From assembly GCA_950097015.1 (NCBI GenBank), contig CATNEN010000015.1, forward strand, positions 1,240,001-1,304,000: a stretch of 64,000 nucleotides of DNA, read 5' to 3'. Within the stretch, counting starts at the first letter, position 1. Every line of letters begins with the position of its first letter. Shown here piece by piece: positions 21,850 to 33,805 of this stretch. Under the pieces are notes generated by a model, which was given only the letters and a program-made list of their open reading frames with translations, had not been told where the DNA came from and ran no database searches. Source of the DNA: Macrostomum hystrix. Lineage: Eukaryota > Animalia > Platyhelminthes. The position numbers and the translations under genes were made by a program.

Positions 21850-24800
21850 CTACTCAATTGATGATAATTGTTTTTCTTCAATGAATCATGGCACATCGTC
21901 CATATTTCAAGCTTTCTCTTGGATAATCTGCTTTCCCCTCAACGCCCACCACACAACTGGGGGAGCTCTGACATTAACTCGAGAGGCGAGGACCTCCTTG
22001 CCTACATCTTAACCACGTACCTGGAGTTCTGCAACACAGGGAGCACCCCGACCTTTGACAATGGCCGATGGTCTGAGGTCATCGACGCCACTCTAGCCAC
22101 ACCTGGGCTTTACCAGAGCCTTAGGGAGTGGCAGGTTCTGCCGGAGACCTCCCTCTCCGATCACAAATATTATCTCTTTCCAACTGGCGGGTGCACGCTG
22201 CACTAACCAGATCACTTGAAAAAGGAACCCCAGGAATACCGTTTGGGAAGCCTTCAGGTATAACCTCGAAGGAACCCAACGAAACCTAAGCCCCCCGGCC
22301 AACACCTGCAATAAAGCGGATGAGCTAGCTGAGTTTCTCACCAACTCGCTGACCACCGCCTTCGAGGCCTCCTGCCCCCTCAAAGCCTACAGAGGCAAAA
22401 ACTTCGGCCCCAAGGTGGAATCCGCAGCTCGGCGAGCTCCGTCGAACGGCGAAGCGGCTGCACCGCAGGGCCACGAAGACTAAAAATCCGGCTGATAAGG
22501 CTGCCTATCTTGAAGCCATCCATAGCTTCAAGAAGGAAGTCAAAAACGCCAAAAACAGCAAGTGGCGGCAATACTGTGAGGAGCACTCGCCCCACCTCCA
22601 GAATTGTCAAAGCCCTCACGCTGGACAAAATGTCCAAGCTTTCGACGGTGAGGAAGGCCGATGGCCGACCCACCGAGAACTCTAAGGAAACGCCTGACAC
22701 TCTGCTCACAGCCTTCTTCCCCTGCGTGCCAGCAGGGACAGACCCCCCGGATCACACCGAGGGAGGTCATATCCTTGTAGTATCCATCATTACTCAAGAC
22801 CGGGTTAGCAAGGCAGCCCAGTCTTTCAAACCCTTCAAATCCCCGGGGCCGGACGGCATTATACCAGCCTTCATTCGCGAGGCTGTAAAATGCCATGGTT
22901 TCCTCACCAATCTTTGCAAGCTCCTTAAAGCTTGCATTGTGCTTGGGTATGTTCCGAAGGCATGGACCAAGGCGAGGGTGGTTTTTGTAATAGCTCAAAA
23001 GCCGAGCTGTGCGTGGTGCGAAGAAAAAGGTGAGCCCTCCAAGTAGGGCGAGACTGTATTATATTTTTGCCTCAACGTGCCACCGATACGATCAACGTGC
23101 GCGTGGGGGGCATGTACATAGTGAGCGAGAGTTAGTGATATATGTACTTATTAGGTTGACCGGCAAAGCGATACGTGAGTGCTAGTAGACTACGGCATGA
23201 CAGTTTTTATCCCCAAGCCGGGCCGCCCGGACTACCATTCCATTAAATCGTTTCGGCCAATTAGCCTAACCTCCACCATGGTCAAGCTGATGGAGAGATT
23301 GGTGCTCTGGCGCCTCCTCTCTGTGGAGCTGAAAAATATGCCACTTAGCGGCAATCAACACGCCTTTCGGTCGGGACGTTCCACCGAAAGCGCTCTCCAC
23401 GCTCTGGTGGACGCTCTGGAAAAGGCCGTCCTCGGGAACGGCTTTGCCCTGAGCATCTTCCTGGACATTGATGGGGCCTTCGACAACGTTCTCTTCGAGG
23501 CGTTCGACAGGGCCCTACGTATGCGGCACACGCATTCGCATCTTAGGAGGTGGATCATGTACATGGTCCGCCACCGCACTGCTACGGCACACCTTCTTGG
23601 ACACCAGCGGACGGTCGCTGTCTGCAAAGGTAGCCCACAAGGCGGCGTCTTCTCACCAGTTCTCTGGAACATGGTTATCGACGAGCTCTTACGAGACTCT
23701 CAGCCGGACCCCATCTACGGCTACGGGGATGATGTTACGGCAGTGGCATCTGGCCCGGTACCAGAGGCCCTCCGAGACCTTCTGCAAAACTTTATTAACA
23801 ACGCCGAAAGATGGGCAACTCGCTGTGGTCTGAAGCTCTCCGAGTCTAAGACAGCGGCGATCATGTTCACCAGCAAAAACACATGGCATATTCGCCCCCT
23901 ACAGCTGTATGGAAAGGACACACCACCTTCCAGAAGCAAACTAAATGCTTGGTCATAACGCTCGATCACAGGCTCAGCTGGACTCCTCATGTCCATGCTA
24001 AAGGCAAAAAGGCCTTTGCGATCCTGGCGCAGCTGGGTAGGGCGGTGGGCAACACTTGGGGTCTCACCCCTAAACGCCTAGATGGTGGATCTACACTGCT
24101 ATGGTCAGACCGGCTGTCTCGTACGCCGGACTGATTTGCGCTAGTGCCCTGCAGCTTAAGACCTGCCATGAGACTCTTCGGAGAGTGCAAGGTCGCGCAT
24201 GTCGGATAATCATGAGCGCCCCGCCATCCGCCCTCCTTCGATGGCCTCAGCGCCTTCCTGAACATCCTCCCGCTCGATATCTTTATCCGCGGTGAGGCGG
24301 CAAAAACCGCCCGGCGTCTCCTTGATGCCGGCGTGCGCTTCGTCCCCCAACGAGCGGCAGCGAAACGAAAGCTCCTGCCGCACACGGACCTTTGCCTGAG
24401 AGATGTGGGTGCGAGCAACGGAATCAATGTCCTCACGGACGGTGAACCGTGCACGCTCAACCTCCTTCAGCGCTTTAAGGTTCTCATCCCCACCAGGGAC
24501 CAAGTTAGCGACCACTGGAACACTCAGGAGGTCCACTGCTACACGGACGGATCCATGAAGGATGGCTCCGCTGGCTTCGGGGTCTGTATCCTTATCAACG
24601 GACGTGTTGTCGCCACACACGCCCAACACACTGGAAAATCCTGGAGCGTTTTCCAGAACGAGGTCCTGGCCATCAGCTCCTGCACTGCGGAGTTGAATGA
24701 GAAAAACATCTCAGGCAGGACTATCATCTTTCGCTCGGACAGTCAGGCTGCTCTGCAAGTCCTCTGTCACATCACCACAACCTCCCGGACGGTATCCGAC

Positions 24801-25569
24801 TGTGTCCGGCAGCTCAATGACCTGGCCGATAAAAATACCGTCAGACTTCAGTGGATACCAGGGCACGCCGGTTTCCCTGGAAACGAGCTTGCTGACTACC
24901 TGGCCAAGCAGAGAGGAGCCAGCTCTGCACCGGGCCCCTCCCCACCCGGCTCCGATTCCGAGCACCGTCATTTATCGTCAGATTAATGATTGGACTGCCA
25001 ACCTCCATCTTACCCGGTGGAGAAGCATCACTAACTGCCGCCAATCCAAAGCGGCAGTTCCAGTGCCATCCACTCGGCTCCGGAAGGTTCTTCTAAACCA
25101 GACCCGGAAGGACATCCGGGCCCTCCCATGACCCTCACGGGCCATGACTGCTACGCCAGACACTGTTTCCTCCGGGAGACCTCCGGAGTGAGCTGTGCCT
25201 GTTCTGCAACCTTGAGGACGAGGATGCGCTGCACTTCGTCTGTCACTGCCCTTTCTTCACCAGAGAAAGAGGGCATCCTTTCCTTTTCAACAGAGAAAGA
25301 GGCTTAATCACCTCGGACCAAACCCATTCATGGACGAAGTTTGCAGATCCGAAAACATCCCATGGCTCGTCCGGTTCCTAAGGGCTACCAGATGAGCCTC
25401 TTTCTTCCCCAGCGAGGAACAAGCTGCAGGAAGGACCGAACACAGACCTCCCTGACTGGCCCCGCGCCATCGGCCGATTGCGGGTCTTTCAGGGATTAGC
25501 AGAATGGGCGACTCCCGCCTCCCCGCTGTGTCCGTCGGACCGCCCTGCAGATAAGTCAAGTAAGTCAAG
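21850..25569 (+). mobile_element. LOA/R1-group-like LINE: endonuclease C-terminus, RT, RNase H, CCHC knuckle, tandem-repeat tail; disrupted
   Basis: WGSSDINSRGE...NTGSTPTF...IDATL...SDH (APE). FKSPGPDGI, FRPISLTS, QHAFR, FLDIDGAFDNV, GSPQGGVFSPVLW, YGDD (RT). CYTDGS...SDSQAAL...WIPGHAGFPGNELAD (RNase H). CLFC...DALHFVCHCP. Tail (TAAGTCAAG)2 at 25552-25569. Confidence 0.9.
22986..23202. mobile_element. Solo LTR (217 bp) inserted in the LINE RT
   Basis: TGTAAT...ATGACA termini with 5-bp TSD GTTTT (22981-22985 and 23203-23207). Removing it restores GTG GTT TTT ATC CCC AAG (VVFIPK). Confidence 0.85.
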
Positions 25570-26735
25570 GCGCCATTATTAATTTGACACGCCTCAGTAG
25601 CTGTGCTTTACTCGTCGAAGGTGCCAAGCCGAAGTTCTGCCGGGCTCGTGCAGTACCCATTGCCATAGAGGAGCAAGTCAATGCGGAGCTGGACCGCTTG
25701 CAACAGCTAGGAATAATTGAACCAATCGAGGGGCCCGTGAGCGACGCATCGCCCATCATATGGGTAAAGAAAAAGGATGGGACGTTGCACATGTGCGCCG
25801 ACTACAGCGTACACATCAATGAAAAAATCAAATCCGACTCACACCCAATCCCAAATGTGAAAGTCATATTCTCTCGCTTGAAGAACGCCAAGGTCTTCGC
25901 TACGCTGGACCTTCCATCATCAACACGTCTCGTGGTTTATATCGGGTCAACAGATTGCAAATGGGGATGAAGAACGCTTCGTTCATCTTCCAGAGAACCA
26001 TGGAGGCCATCCTAGCCGAACATCAAGGGATTATATTTCTATCAAGATGACATCCTGGTTCATGCCCTAGATGCCGCTGCCCTGGAAAAGCGACTGTCCG
26101 CGGTGCGAACGCGCCTTGCTGAAAAGCGAGTCACAGTCAACGAGTCGAAATGCGTCAACTACAGCGATTCGATATCCTTTCTAGGGTTCAAAATCTCAGC
26201 CGCTGGAATTCAGCCCGACGAACGGTTGGTCGAGAAAGTCAAGCAAGTGTCCGTCCCTTCGAACAAATCGGAACTAGCCAGCTTTCTTGGACTAGTAAAT
26301 TTCTTTGGGAGGCTCATCCCGAACTTCGCCGGAAAGACTGCACCGCTAAACGAGTTAAGAAAGGCCAACGTTTCCTTTAAGTGGTCGAATGAATGCTGCC
26401 AGGCTTTTGAGAGTCTCAAAGCTGAAATCGCGAGCGCTCCAATTGTGCAACCTTACAGCCTTTCTAAGGAATTGACGCTTACAACGGATGCTTCAAAACA
26501 TTCCATAGCAGCCGTCATTACTCAGGAACGGCATCCCGTCATTTACATATCAAGTACGCTGTCATCGGCTGAATCAGGTTATTATAACATCGAACATGAA
26601 GCCCTAGCCATTTTTGGCCGTTTCACGACTGAAGCACTTCCTCCATGGCCGTCACTTTACCATCCACACCGATCACCAGCCTTTGACTCAACTTTTCCCT
26701 GGAGGTATTCCGCTCAACACGTCTGCCAGGATTAA
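25570..26735 (+). mobile_element. Ty3/Gypsy pol fragment (RT + RNase H)
   Basis: KPKFCRARAVP...ASPIIWVKKKDGTLHMCADY...FATLDL; QMGMKNAS.IFQR; FYQDDILV; FLGLVNFF; LTTDASKHSIAAV...EHEALAI. Confidence 0.9.
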
Positions 26736-26770
26736 CTAACTAACTAACTAAATAAATAAATAAATAAGCT

Positions 26771-26930
26771 AGCTGTCTCATCGTGCTCTCGGTCGTCGCT
26801 AGCTGTCTCGTCGTGCTCTCGGTCGTCGCTGGTTGTCTCTTCGTGCTATCGGTCGTCGCTGGCTGTCTCTTCGTGCCCTCGGTCGCCGCCGGCTGCCTCT
26901 TCGTGCTATCGGTCGTCGCTGGCGGTCTCT
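26771..26930. repeat. 30-bp tandem repeat x5 (possibly part of the LTR/leader of the adjacent BEL element)
   Basis: GCTGTCTCTTCGTGCTATCGGTCGTCGCTG units. Confidence 0.75.
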
Positions 26931-27162
26931 GGAAGTTCTCTACAGTCACGCGAGATTTGGGTTCACTGAAGTCTAAGCGGTGTAGCGGCCTATATTTTCA
27001 ATATAAATACTCTGCTCAGGTCGGAATTTTTTTGCTAGCACGTTCATAGTTCTTTGATTTAGCTCGTAGCTTAGAATTCTGCAACCCTCATCTATCAAAC
27101 CTGCTTCCTAATATTCGTCGCCCTTTCATTATTCTGTTTAATTGTGGGGCTGATTCGTGGTC

Positions 27163-28185
27163 ATGGCGTTAGAAGATTTAAAGAAAGATCGAGCGGTGAT
27201 GCGTCGGTCTGTATCGATGTTGGTGGACAAGGCGCAGGTGGTCATGTCAGCGAAAGAAATCAAAAGTTCGGATGATGATTCGGAGCATGTTAAGCTTCCT
27301 GAATTATAAGAAGGGACGACAGAAAGTCAAGTCTGTCCTTAAAACATGCAACACGTGCATACGTCTTCAAGGCCTGCCGTACAAGATCTCCCAAAGAGCG
27401 CAGTTACCTACGTCCCGCGCGTCACCGGGCAGGGCCTTCCAGCATAATCGAGGTGTACCATCGATTATCTCTGACAACTTCAAAACCTTCCATACGACGG
27501 CCAGGCTACTAGATGCAGAAGAAACTCCATTACGGACTCAAGCAGGTCAAGATTTTCTGAGCAGCCGCCGAGTCACCTGGACATTTATTCCCGAGCGAGC
27601 TCCATGGATGGGAGGCTTCTACGAGAAACTGATCGGCGTAGTGAAATCCGTAATTAAGAAGACAACCGGAAGGGCGTTCCTGACCTTCGAGGAGCTTTCG
27701 ACAGCAATCTGTGAGGCGGAAGCAGTTGTAAACTCAAGACCGCTTGGCTTTGTGTCTTCCAGCGAGCAATCAGAAGTCATCACGCCTGGCCATTTTCTGG
27801 TCCTGCGCCGCCTGACAAAAGAACCAGAGGAAGAAGCGCAAGTTTCCATGGTCCTGCCGCTTCCTGAAAAGCTCCGAAAGTCCAGACATTTACTGAACAA
27901 GTTCTGGAAGGAGTGGCAAGCACAGAAAATTTTGGCCCTCCGTGAGCGATCAGTCAAAGACGGTCGAACATCGAATCCGGAAATACGACCTGATGACTTA
28001 GTGTTCGTGATGGATGCCGGTTTGCCAAGACTTCAATGGAAGCTTGCGGTTGTCGAAGCGGTGCACTAGGGTCGCGATGGAATCGCCCGCTCATGCCTAC
28101 TGCGGTTAGCCAGTTCTCAAAGTGGTCGAGCGGCCACGCATCTTCGACGGCCAGTGAAGTTGCTAGTACCTCTGGAAGTCTGACG
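27163..28185 (+). mobile_element. Internally deleted BEL/Pao LTR retrotransposon (gag-like start joined to integrase + C-terminal domain)
   Basis: MALEDLKKDRAVMRRSVS (BEL gag-like start); VKSVLKTCNTC; IISDNFKTF; WTFIPERAPWMGGFYEKLI; EAEAVVNSRPL; FWKEWQ; QWKLAVV...GRDG..RSC...RRPVKLLVPLE. Confidence 0.88.
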
Positions 28186-28319
28186 TGTCGCTGGTGGTAT
28201 TTCGCTCTGTTGCTATAGCTGCGTCTAGTCGGTTTTCCTGTGTTTTTTGTCGGTGCTGGTGGCGTTTAGGCGGTTTTCGTTAGCTATCGGTGGCTGTGTG
28301 TGTCGTTCGGTGGTCGTTC

Positions 28320-28820
28320 AGTCGGTTGGTTGATGGTTTTCGGTCGGTTGGTTTTCAGTCGGTTGGTTGATGGTTTTCAGTCGGTTGGTTTTCAGCCGGT
28401 TGGTTGATGGTTTTCAGTCGGTTGGTTGATGGTTTTCAGTCGGTTGGTTGATGGTTTTCAGTCGGTTGGTTGATGGTTTTCAGTTGGTTGGTTGATGGTT
28501 TTCAGTCGGTTGGTTGATGGTTTTCAGTCGGTTGGTTGATGGTTTTCAGTCGGTTGGTTGATGGTTTTCAGTCGGTTGGTTTTCAGCCGGTTGGTTGATG
28601 GTTTTCAGTCGGTTGGTTGATGGTTTTCAGTCGGTTGGTTGATGGTTTTCAGTCGGTTGGTTAATGGTTTTCAGTCGGTTGGTTTTCAGCCGGTTGGTTG
28701 ATGGTTTTCAGTCGGTTGGTTGATGGTTTTCAGCCGGTTGGTTGATGGTTTTCAGTCGGTTGGTTGATGGTTTTCAGTCGGTTGGTTGATGGTTTTCAGT
28801 CGGTTGGTTGATGGTTTTCA
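28320..28820. repeat. 22-bp minisatellite
   Basis: (CAGTCGGTTGGTTGATGGTTTT)n with shorter variants. Confidence 0.95.
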
Positions 28821-29530
28821 GTCGGTTGGTTGATGGTTTTCATGGCCCCCCAGCCCCCCAGCCACCCCCCGCAAGGTCTCACGCCCCAGCGCCAACGCAC
28901 ATAACTCATACAACGCAGAACAGGCATACAAAGGTAGGAGCGAAGCTATTTTTCAAGCTTTGATTGCACGAAATATGGTGCACCTCCGCCGGTCGCTACT
29001 GCCCAAACCCCCCCCCAACAAGTACCGAAATTAATCGTGACCTGAAGGGTGAATCGAGCTAGCGTCCTTCGGAGTGCGAGGCAGCGACGTTAGCCGCTGA
29101 CCCACTCGCCCCTGATTATCGTGCTTCTACGGTTGTTGTTCATTTCGCAGTCCGATGTTTTAGCGGCGGCGGCAATGTTAGCTTTTTTTCTTGCGGTACT
29201 TTTCCTTTTGTGAAATGACCTTGACCTCAATCGCTTGGGTCATTGGGGGAGTGTGGCGGAAAATTATATTTTTTATTCAGCCCAAATGGCCATTGTGCAT
29301 TAAGTGAAAGCCGACTCACCTTTCACCCCGCTCCGCCCTGTCATGCAAAGTACATCTGCTCGTGCCCTGGGCACCCTCCCCCACGCGTTTATTTCTCTTC
29401 GCTTTATCTAAAAAAATTACGTCAAACCAGCGGCATAGCGCGCGCTTGCTTTCTCTCAACAAACCCTAAAGAGAAAATCAATTAAGTCGTGTCAATTCAA
29501 TTACACTAAGAAACTACATCTTTACACAAC

Positions 29531-30067
29531 CTCAGCACAAGTGCAGCTGAGCAGTCTTCCAGTCTTCCGACACCCTCAGCGGACCGATTGAGAAGCGAGA
29601 GCTCAAGGCCGAGCTCACAATGCTCTGAGCACTCCACAGCTTAATGAAGTACCGAGCGAGGATACAGATCAGCCAGCTGAGACCTCACAGCTTCCAGTGT
29701 GGCCTCATCTTGCAGCACTACATCCAGCTTGAGGTAGTACATGCTACGGCTGTAGTCATACATGACTGACTCGCTGCTCAAGCTGCTGATGTTGTGGCAG
29801 AGCAGAGGCTCGATGAGTAAGTGGCCCTTGATGTCGAGTCTCTGGTGCACTCGAGCAGTGCAGTTCTCGAGGTTGATCGAGTGGATGAACCGCAGCTGAC
29901 GGCATGCCGGAAGAGAGTACTTTTGTCTCACCTCTTCGGGATCAAAGAAGGTCTGGTTCTGCAGCATCGGGCGGTAGCTAATCTGATGGCAGGTGTCGTT
30001 CACACGAGCCGATGCGGTCAGCATCAGATTGTTTAACACCACCGATGGAGCTGATTGAATTTTTGAT
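29531..30067 (-). pseudogene. FReD family copy 3: isolated, broken exon 2
   Basis: Highly similar to exon 2 of copies 2 and 4. Small frameshifting deletion near 29650 (LYPRSVLH*) and ~28-nt deletion near 29540. No exon 1, 3 or 4 adjacent. Confidence 0.85.
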
Positions 30068-30207
30068 CTGCGGACAACGACGTGAGCTTACACAATAACT
30101 ATGGTACTTTGTGAATAAATAGACCTTTCCGGGAATCATAGCACACGCGACAAAAATTTAAAGCGAAGCAGTGGTTTCTTAGAATATAGGGAAATTGCAA
30201 TTGCATT

Positions 30208-30455
30208 CTGACAGCGCAGGTCCCTGTGTCAGTGGTCTGAAGCCAAAATAGAATTGGTTTTATTCAGTCTGACAGCGCAGGTCCCTGTGTCAGTGGTCTG
30301 AAGCCAAAATAGAATTGGTTTTATTCAGTCTGACAGCGCATGTTCCCTGTGTCAGTGGTCTGAAGCCAAAATAGAATTGGTTTTATTCAGTCTGACAGCG
30401 CATGTTCCCTGTGTCAGTGGGCTGAAGCCAAAATAGAATTGGTTTTATTCAGTCT
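30208..30455. repeat. 61-bp tandem repeat x4
   Basis: TCTGACAGCGCAGGTCCCTGTGTCAGTGGTCTGAAGCCAAAATAGAATTGGTTTTATTCAG repeated. Confidence 0.9.
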
Positions 30456-30519
30456 TACATAGATGGGAGAACTGAAATCAGCAAGCGATTCGAGGAAAGT
30501 CCTGCAGATTCCCGCCAAA

Positions 30520-30610
30520 TTTTTCGAGACCGTCCTGCTGTACAATGCCGAGTCGTGGACGCTGACAGCTACGCTGGAGCGGCAGCTGGACTCGGCGCAC
30601 TCCGGTTGTG
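30520..30610 (+). mobile_element. RTE-clade LINE fragment
   Basis: ETVLLYNAESWTLTATLERQLDSAH resembles the post-RT region of RTE elements. Confidence 0.6.
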
Positions 30611-32161
30611 TAGTGATATGTACTGACTTGCAGCAGCGCGCGTACGCTGAGTACACCGCGCTGGCAGCTGTCTGTTTAACTGCCTGACTATCAATTCATT
30701 GTTCGCGCTATTTTATCACTTCTAATCCTTGCACACAACGTGCCGTCACATAATATACGCTCGTATATATATCGCCTGTTCTCAGGAGCGTGGAGCTGTG
30801 ACTGTTTTCGTTGCCCTCGTGCACTATCACCAGTCTAGAGTTATTTCACCTTCAAAATTGATTAGCATATCATGCGAATGTGCCTGCATCAACTCCGTCT
30901 TCTGTGTCACCAACCTTTATCTAGACGGACTGAACCCCAAGGACTCAACAGGTAGAACAATGCTATTATGAACACCCTGACGCGAATTTCTCGAATTTCA
31001 CTGATCTAGCCTAAATATAACCACTCAACGCTGTTAGCAATGGGGCGCTGCCAAAAGATTTCAGGGCTGGAAGTCCCACATATTAGAAGAATGGCTTAGT
31101 AGTCCTACTCTTACAAGTGTGTTTTCAACGTATCTGCACCTGCAAAAGCAGTTGCACTTCTCGAAGGCGCAGATACTGCAGGGAATCGTTGACCTGCCCC
31201 ATGAAACCACCACTTGTTCGTCCCCATCCTGGACTCACAGGATAACAGATCCGAATCCTGGACTCACGGGATCCCAAATCGCCATTCTGGAATCCCATTC
31301 CCATATTGGGCCATCTGACGAGCTGGGGGCTGCGGGGCGGTGGGGGCGTGGGGTGGCTGGCTGCGCGGCCCGTTTTAAGCCCTTGCACTCCTACCGTTTC
31401 ACCTCTGCCGCGATTTGTTAATTTTTTCTAAATCTGTTTAATTCTCTGTTTAAATTTCTGATTCGCCAAATATACACCGCATTCGTTCCAATCCATTGGG
31501 GATCTTTTGTTCGGCCGCTGCCTGCCTTTCGCACTCGCTGTCTTCCTCGCTTTGGTCCCTCCGTTGTGTTTAATATTATTTTATTTTATTTGTTATTAGT
31601 ATTTTTCAATAAATATTTTTATACTATTATTATATTTATCGCATGCTACCCCACACCGAAATACCCATGCCAACTTGTTTTGAGAGTTCAATTCTCTCAA
31701 AATTTCGTCTCTGCAAATCACAAACGAAAATATAATAGCTAATTTTTTTAATTCTAGAAAAATTAAGGATTTTAAAGCAGTATTTGACAAGCAGTTTCAT
31801 TATACAAGTATTTGTCCCAAAATTAGCTGTGAGCTGACTTCAATAGCCGCAGATCAATACTAAAACAGGAGGGTGAATGAGCAGTGTGCGTATAATTCTG
31901 AATATATTTAATCCAATCTTACTAAATCACGCAGCAGTATGATCTCATCGAGACATTTATATTTTTGAGCTCTGACCTTTACTTCAATTGTGCATACAGT
32001 AAGGTAATTAAATTGTAATTTCCTCCTGTACTCATGCTGTTATTGTTGCAGATAAGTCAGGAAACACATTGTTACAGCACAGTGGAAATCGAGTTGCCAC
32101 TGGCTGCAGCGGAGAAGTTTGATTTCATGCGGTCCTTGGCTGATTCCTCAGCTGCTGCTGG

Positions 32162-32577
32162 TCATAGCTCCAGCAGAAGCCGCACTGAGCGGAGAGTCAA
32201 AGCCTCGGAGCCTCCTGTGCCCCATACCATGTAGCCCCAGTCTGCGGCCTCCGTAAACGGAAAGAATCCGTTTGGATTGAATTTGAGGCACCACCACCAG
32301 TAGAACCACCACCCTGCCTTGCCACGATATCTCGAGCACGATCCGTCATTGTCGCTGTCCATGGTGTAGAAGCGTGCTCCTTTGCTCTTCTCCATAGCAT
32401 CGAATTCGACATTGGACCTCTTCCTCAGCATCTCTCGGTACGTCATCTCATATTTGGTGCTGGCGTTTCCCACCTGGAATCCAGCATACTCAGCATGCAG
32501 CTCAGTCCCATTCCACAGCTTCATCTCCACTCTGAGTGTGGCACCGCCTGCGCTCAGCGAGTGGATGGCGGAGAGAC
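32162..32577 (-). CDS. FReD family copy 4 (intact), exon 4, FBG domain
   Basis: CCCCGCAG|GT acceptor; 416 nt; RFYTMDSDNDGSCSRYRGKAGWWFYWWWCLKFNPNG; stop TGA. Confidence 0.88.
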
Positions 32578-33404
32578 CTGCGGGGTCGGACAGAAGTCGG
32601 AGGCGCTGATGTGAATGGCCAGATTCAGCTGACAATCGATAAATAGATTTTGCTGTGAAACTGTTTGCGAGACAGCAATAAATAAGTAAAATAGTATATG
32701 TATAACTGGCATTTAAAACGAACTTCGAAAAATACTGCATTGTGCTCGTAGCTAATGCAGTTGCCAGAAAAAAAGCTGTAGCACAGTTTTAACACACTTG
32801 TATCACAGTTACATCACAGCTGAATCACAGTTTAATCACAGTTACATCACAGGTGTTGCTCTGGAATCTTTTCAAGCCTGAAACGCGAATTCTGGTATCG
32901 TTTTATCAGTTTTAGAAAAAACAAGAAAAATACAAATACGAGACTGACACTGATACCTATACTATAGTATCACTTTTGGTGTACTAACACTCATTATACT
33001 AGTAGCAAAGCAAGCTCATTTATAATAGCCTCATCAAAGTTCTATTCAGCTGTCGCATTATCAAATTCCAACAATCTGAGATTCAGAGCTCAACTGGAAA
33101 AAACATTAGGAGGGAACTTGTGTTTCAATACAAGCCCTCTGAGAACGCAAAGATATTTAGAGTCCATTGAAGATGTACCTACTCAGGTCTGAGGAACCAC
33201 AAGGGCGCTCTCCACAGGTACGTTCAAGGTACCCTTGCTCCAGAAAGCCCAAGGCTTTAACCCATCTGGAAAACAGTTACTGTTGCCACCAAGATTCCTT
33301 TCTCAGCTCTTTCATATCATGCACCACTTTTTCCATTTGCCTGCATGAGTTTCACAGTTGCAATACTTTAATTTCCGGAAAAAGAAACGGATGAATTCAC
33401 AAAC

Positions 33405-33739
33405 CGATCCAGAAGTCTGTCTTGTCGCCGAACCCCGCCTCATACTCAGCCCAGGTGCGTTGGAAACTGACACTCCCGGTGGTCCTCTGCTGGATCTTGA
33501 CGAAGTTCCTGCCAACCTGCTTCACGCTGAGAAACTTCGAGTAGCAAGATATTTTTTGCACTACAAAGTTTGGGAGATTACAAATGAACCAAGCCTGCTG
33601 AAACTCTGCTCCAGTTTGTCTCATTCTCCACAGAAACCGCGGCTCGTCCGACTTGGCAAGGCACAGCTGACTCGTTATTGACGTCACCTGCCATCCTATG
33701 TGGCGGAACAAGTTGACTGGCTCGAAAATTATTCCGGAC
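33405..33739 (-). CDS. FReD family copy 4, exon 3
   Basis: TTTTTAG|G acceptor, G|GTTTGT donor, 335 nt in phase; FVKIQQRTTGSVSFQRTWAEYEAGFGDKTDFWIG. Confidence 0.85.
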
Positions 33740-33805
33740 CTAAAAAAGGAAAATAAAATTGTTTGTATGTTCATTTATTCTAAGAAATTAGATCTTTACA
33801 CAAAC

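Noticed and set aside
32578-32740. N-terminal extension of ORF 32162-32740 (apparent signal peptide MQYFSKFVL...)
   Set aside because: Intronic sequence read through from the exon 4 acceptor; the equivalent frame has a stop in copy 1 and the true upstream exon 3 is evident.
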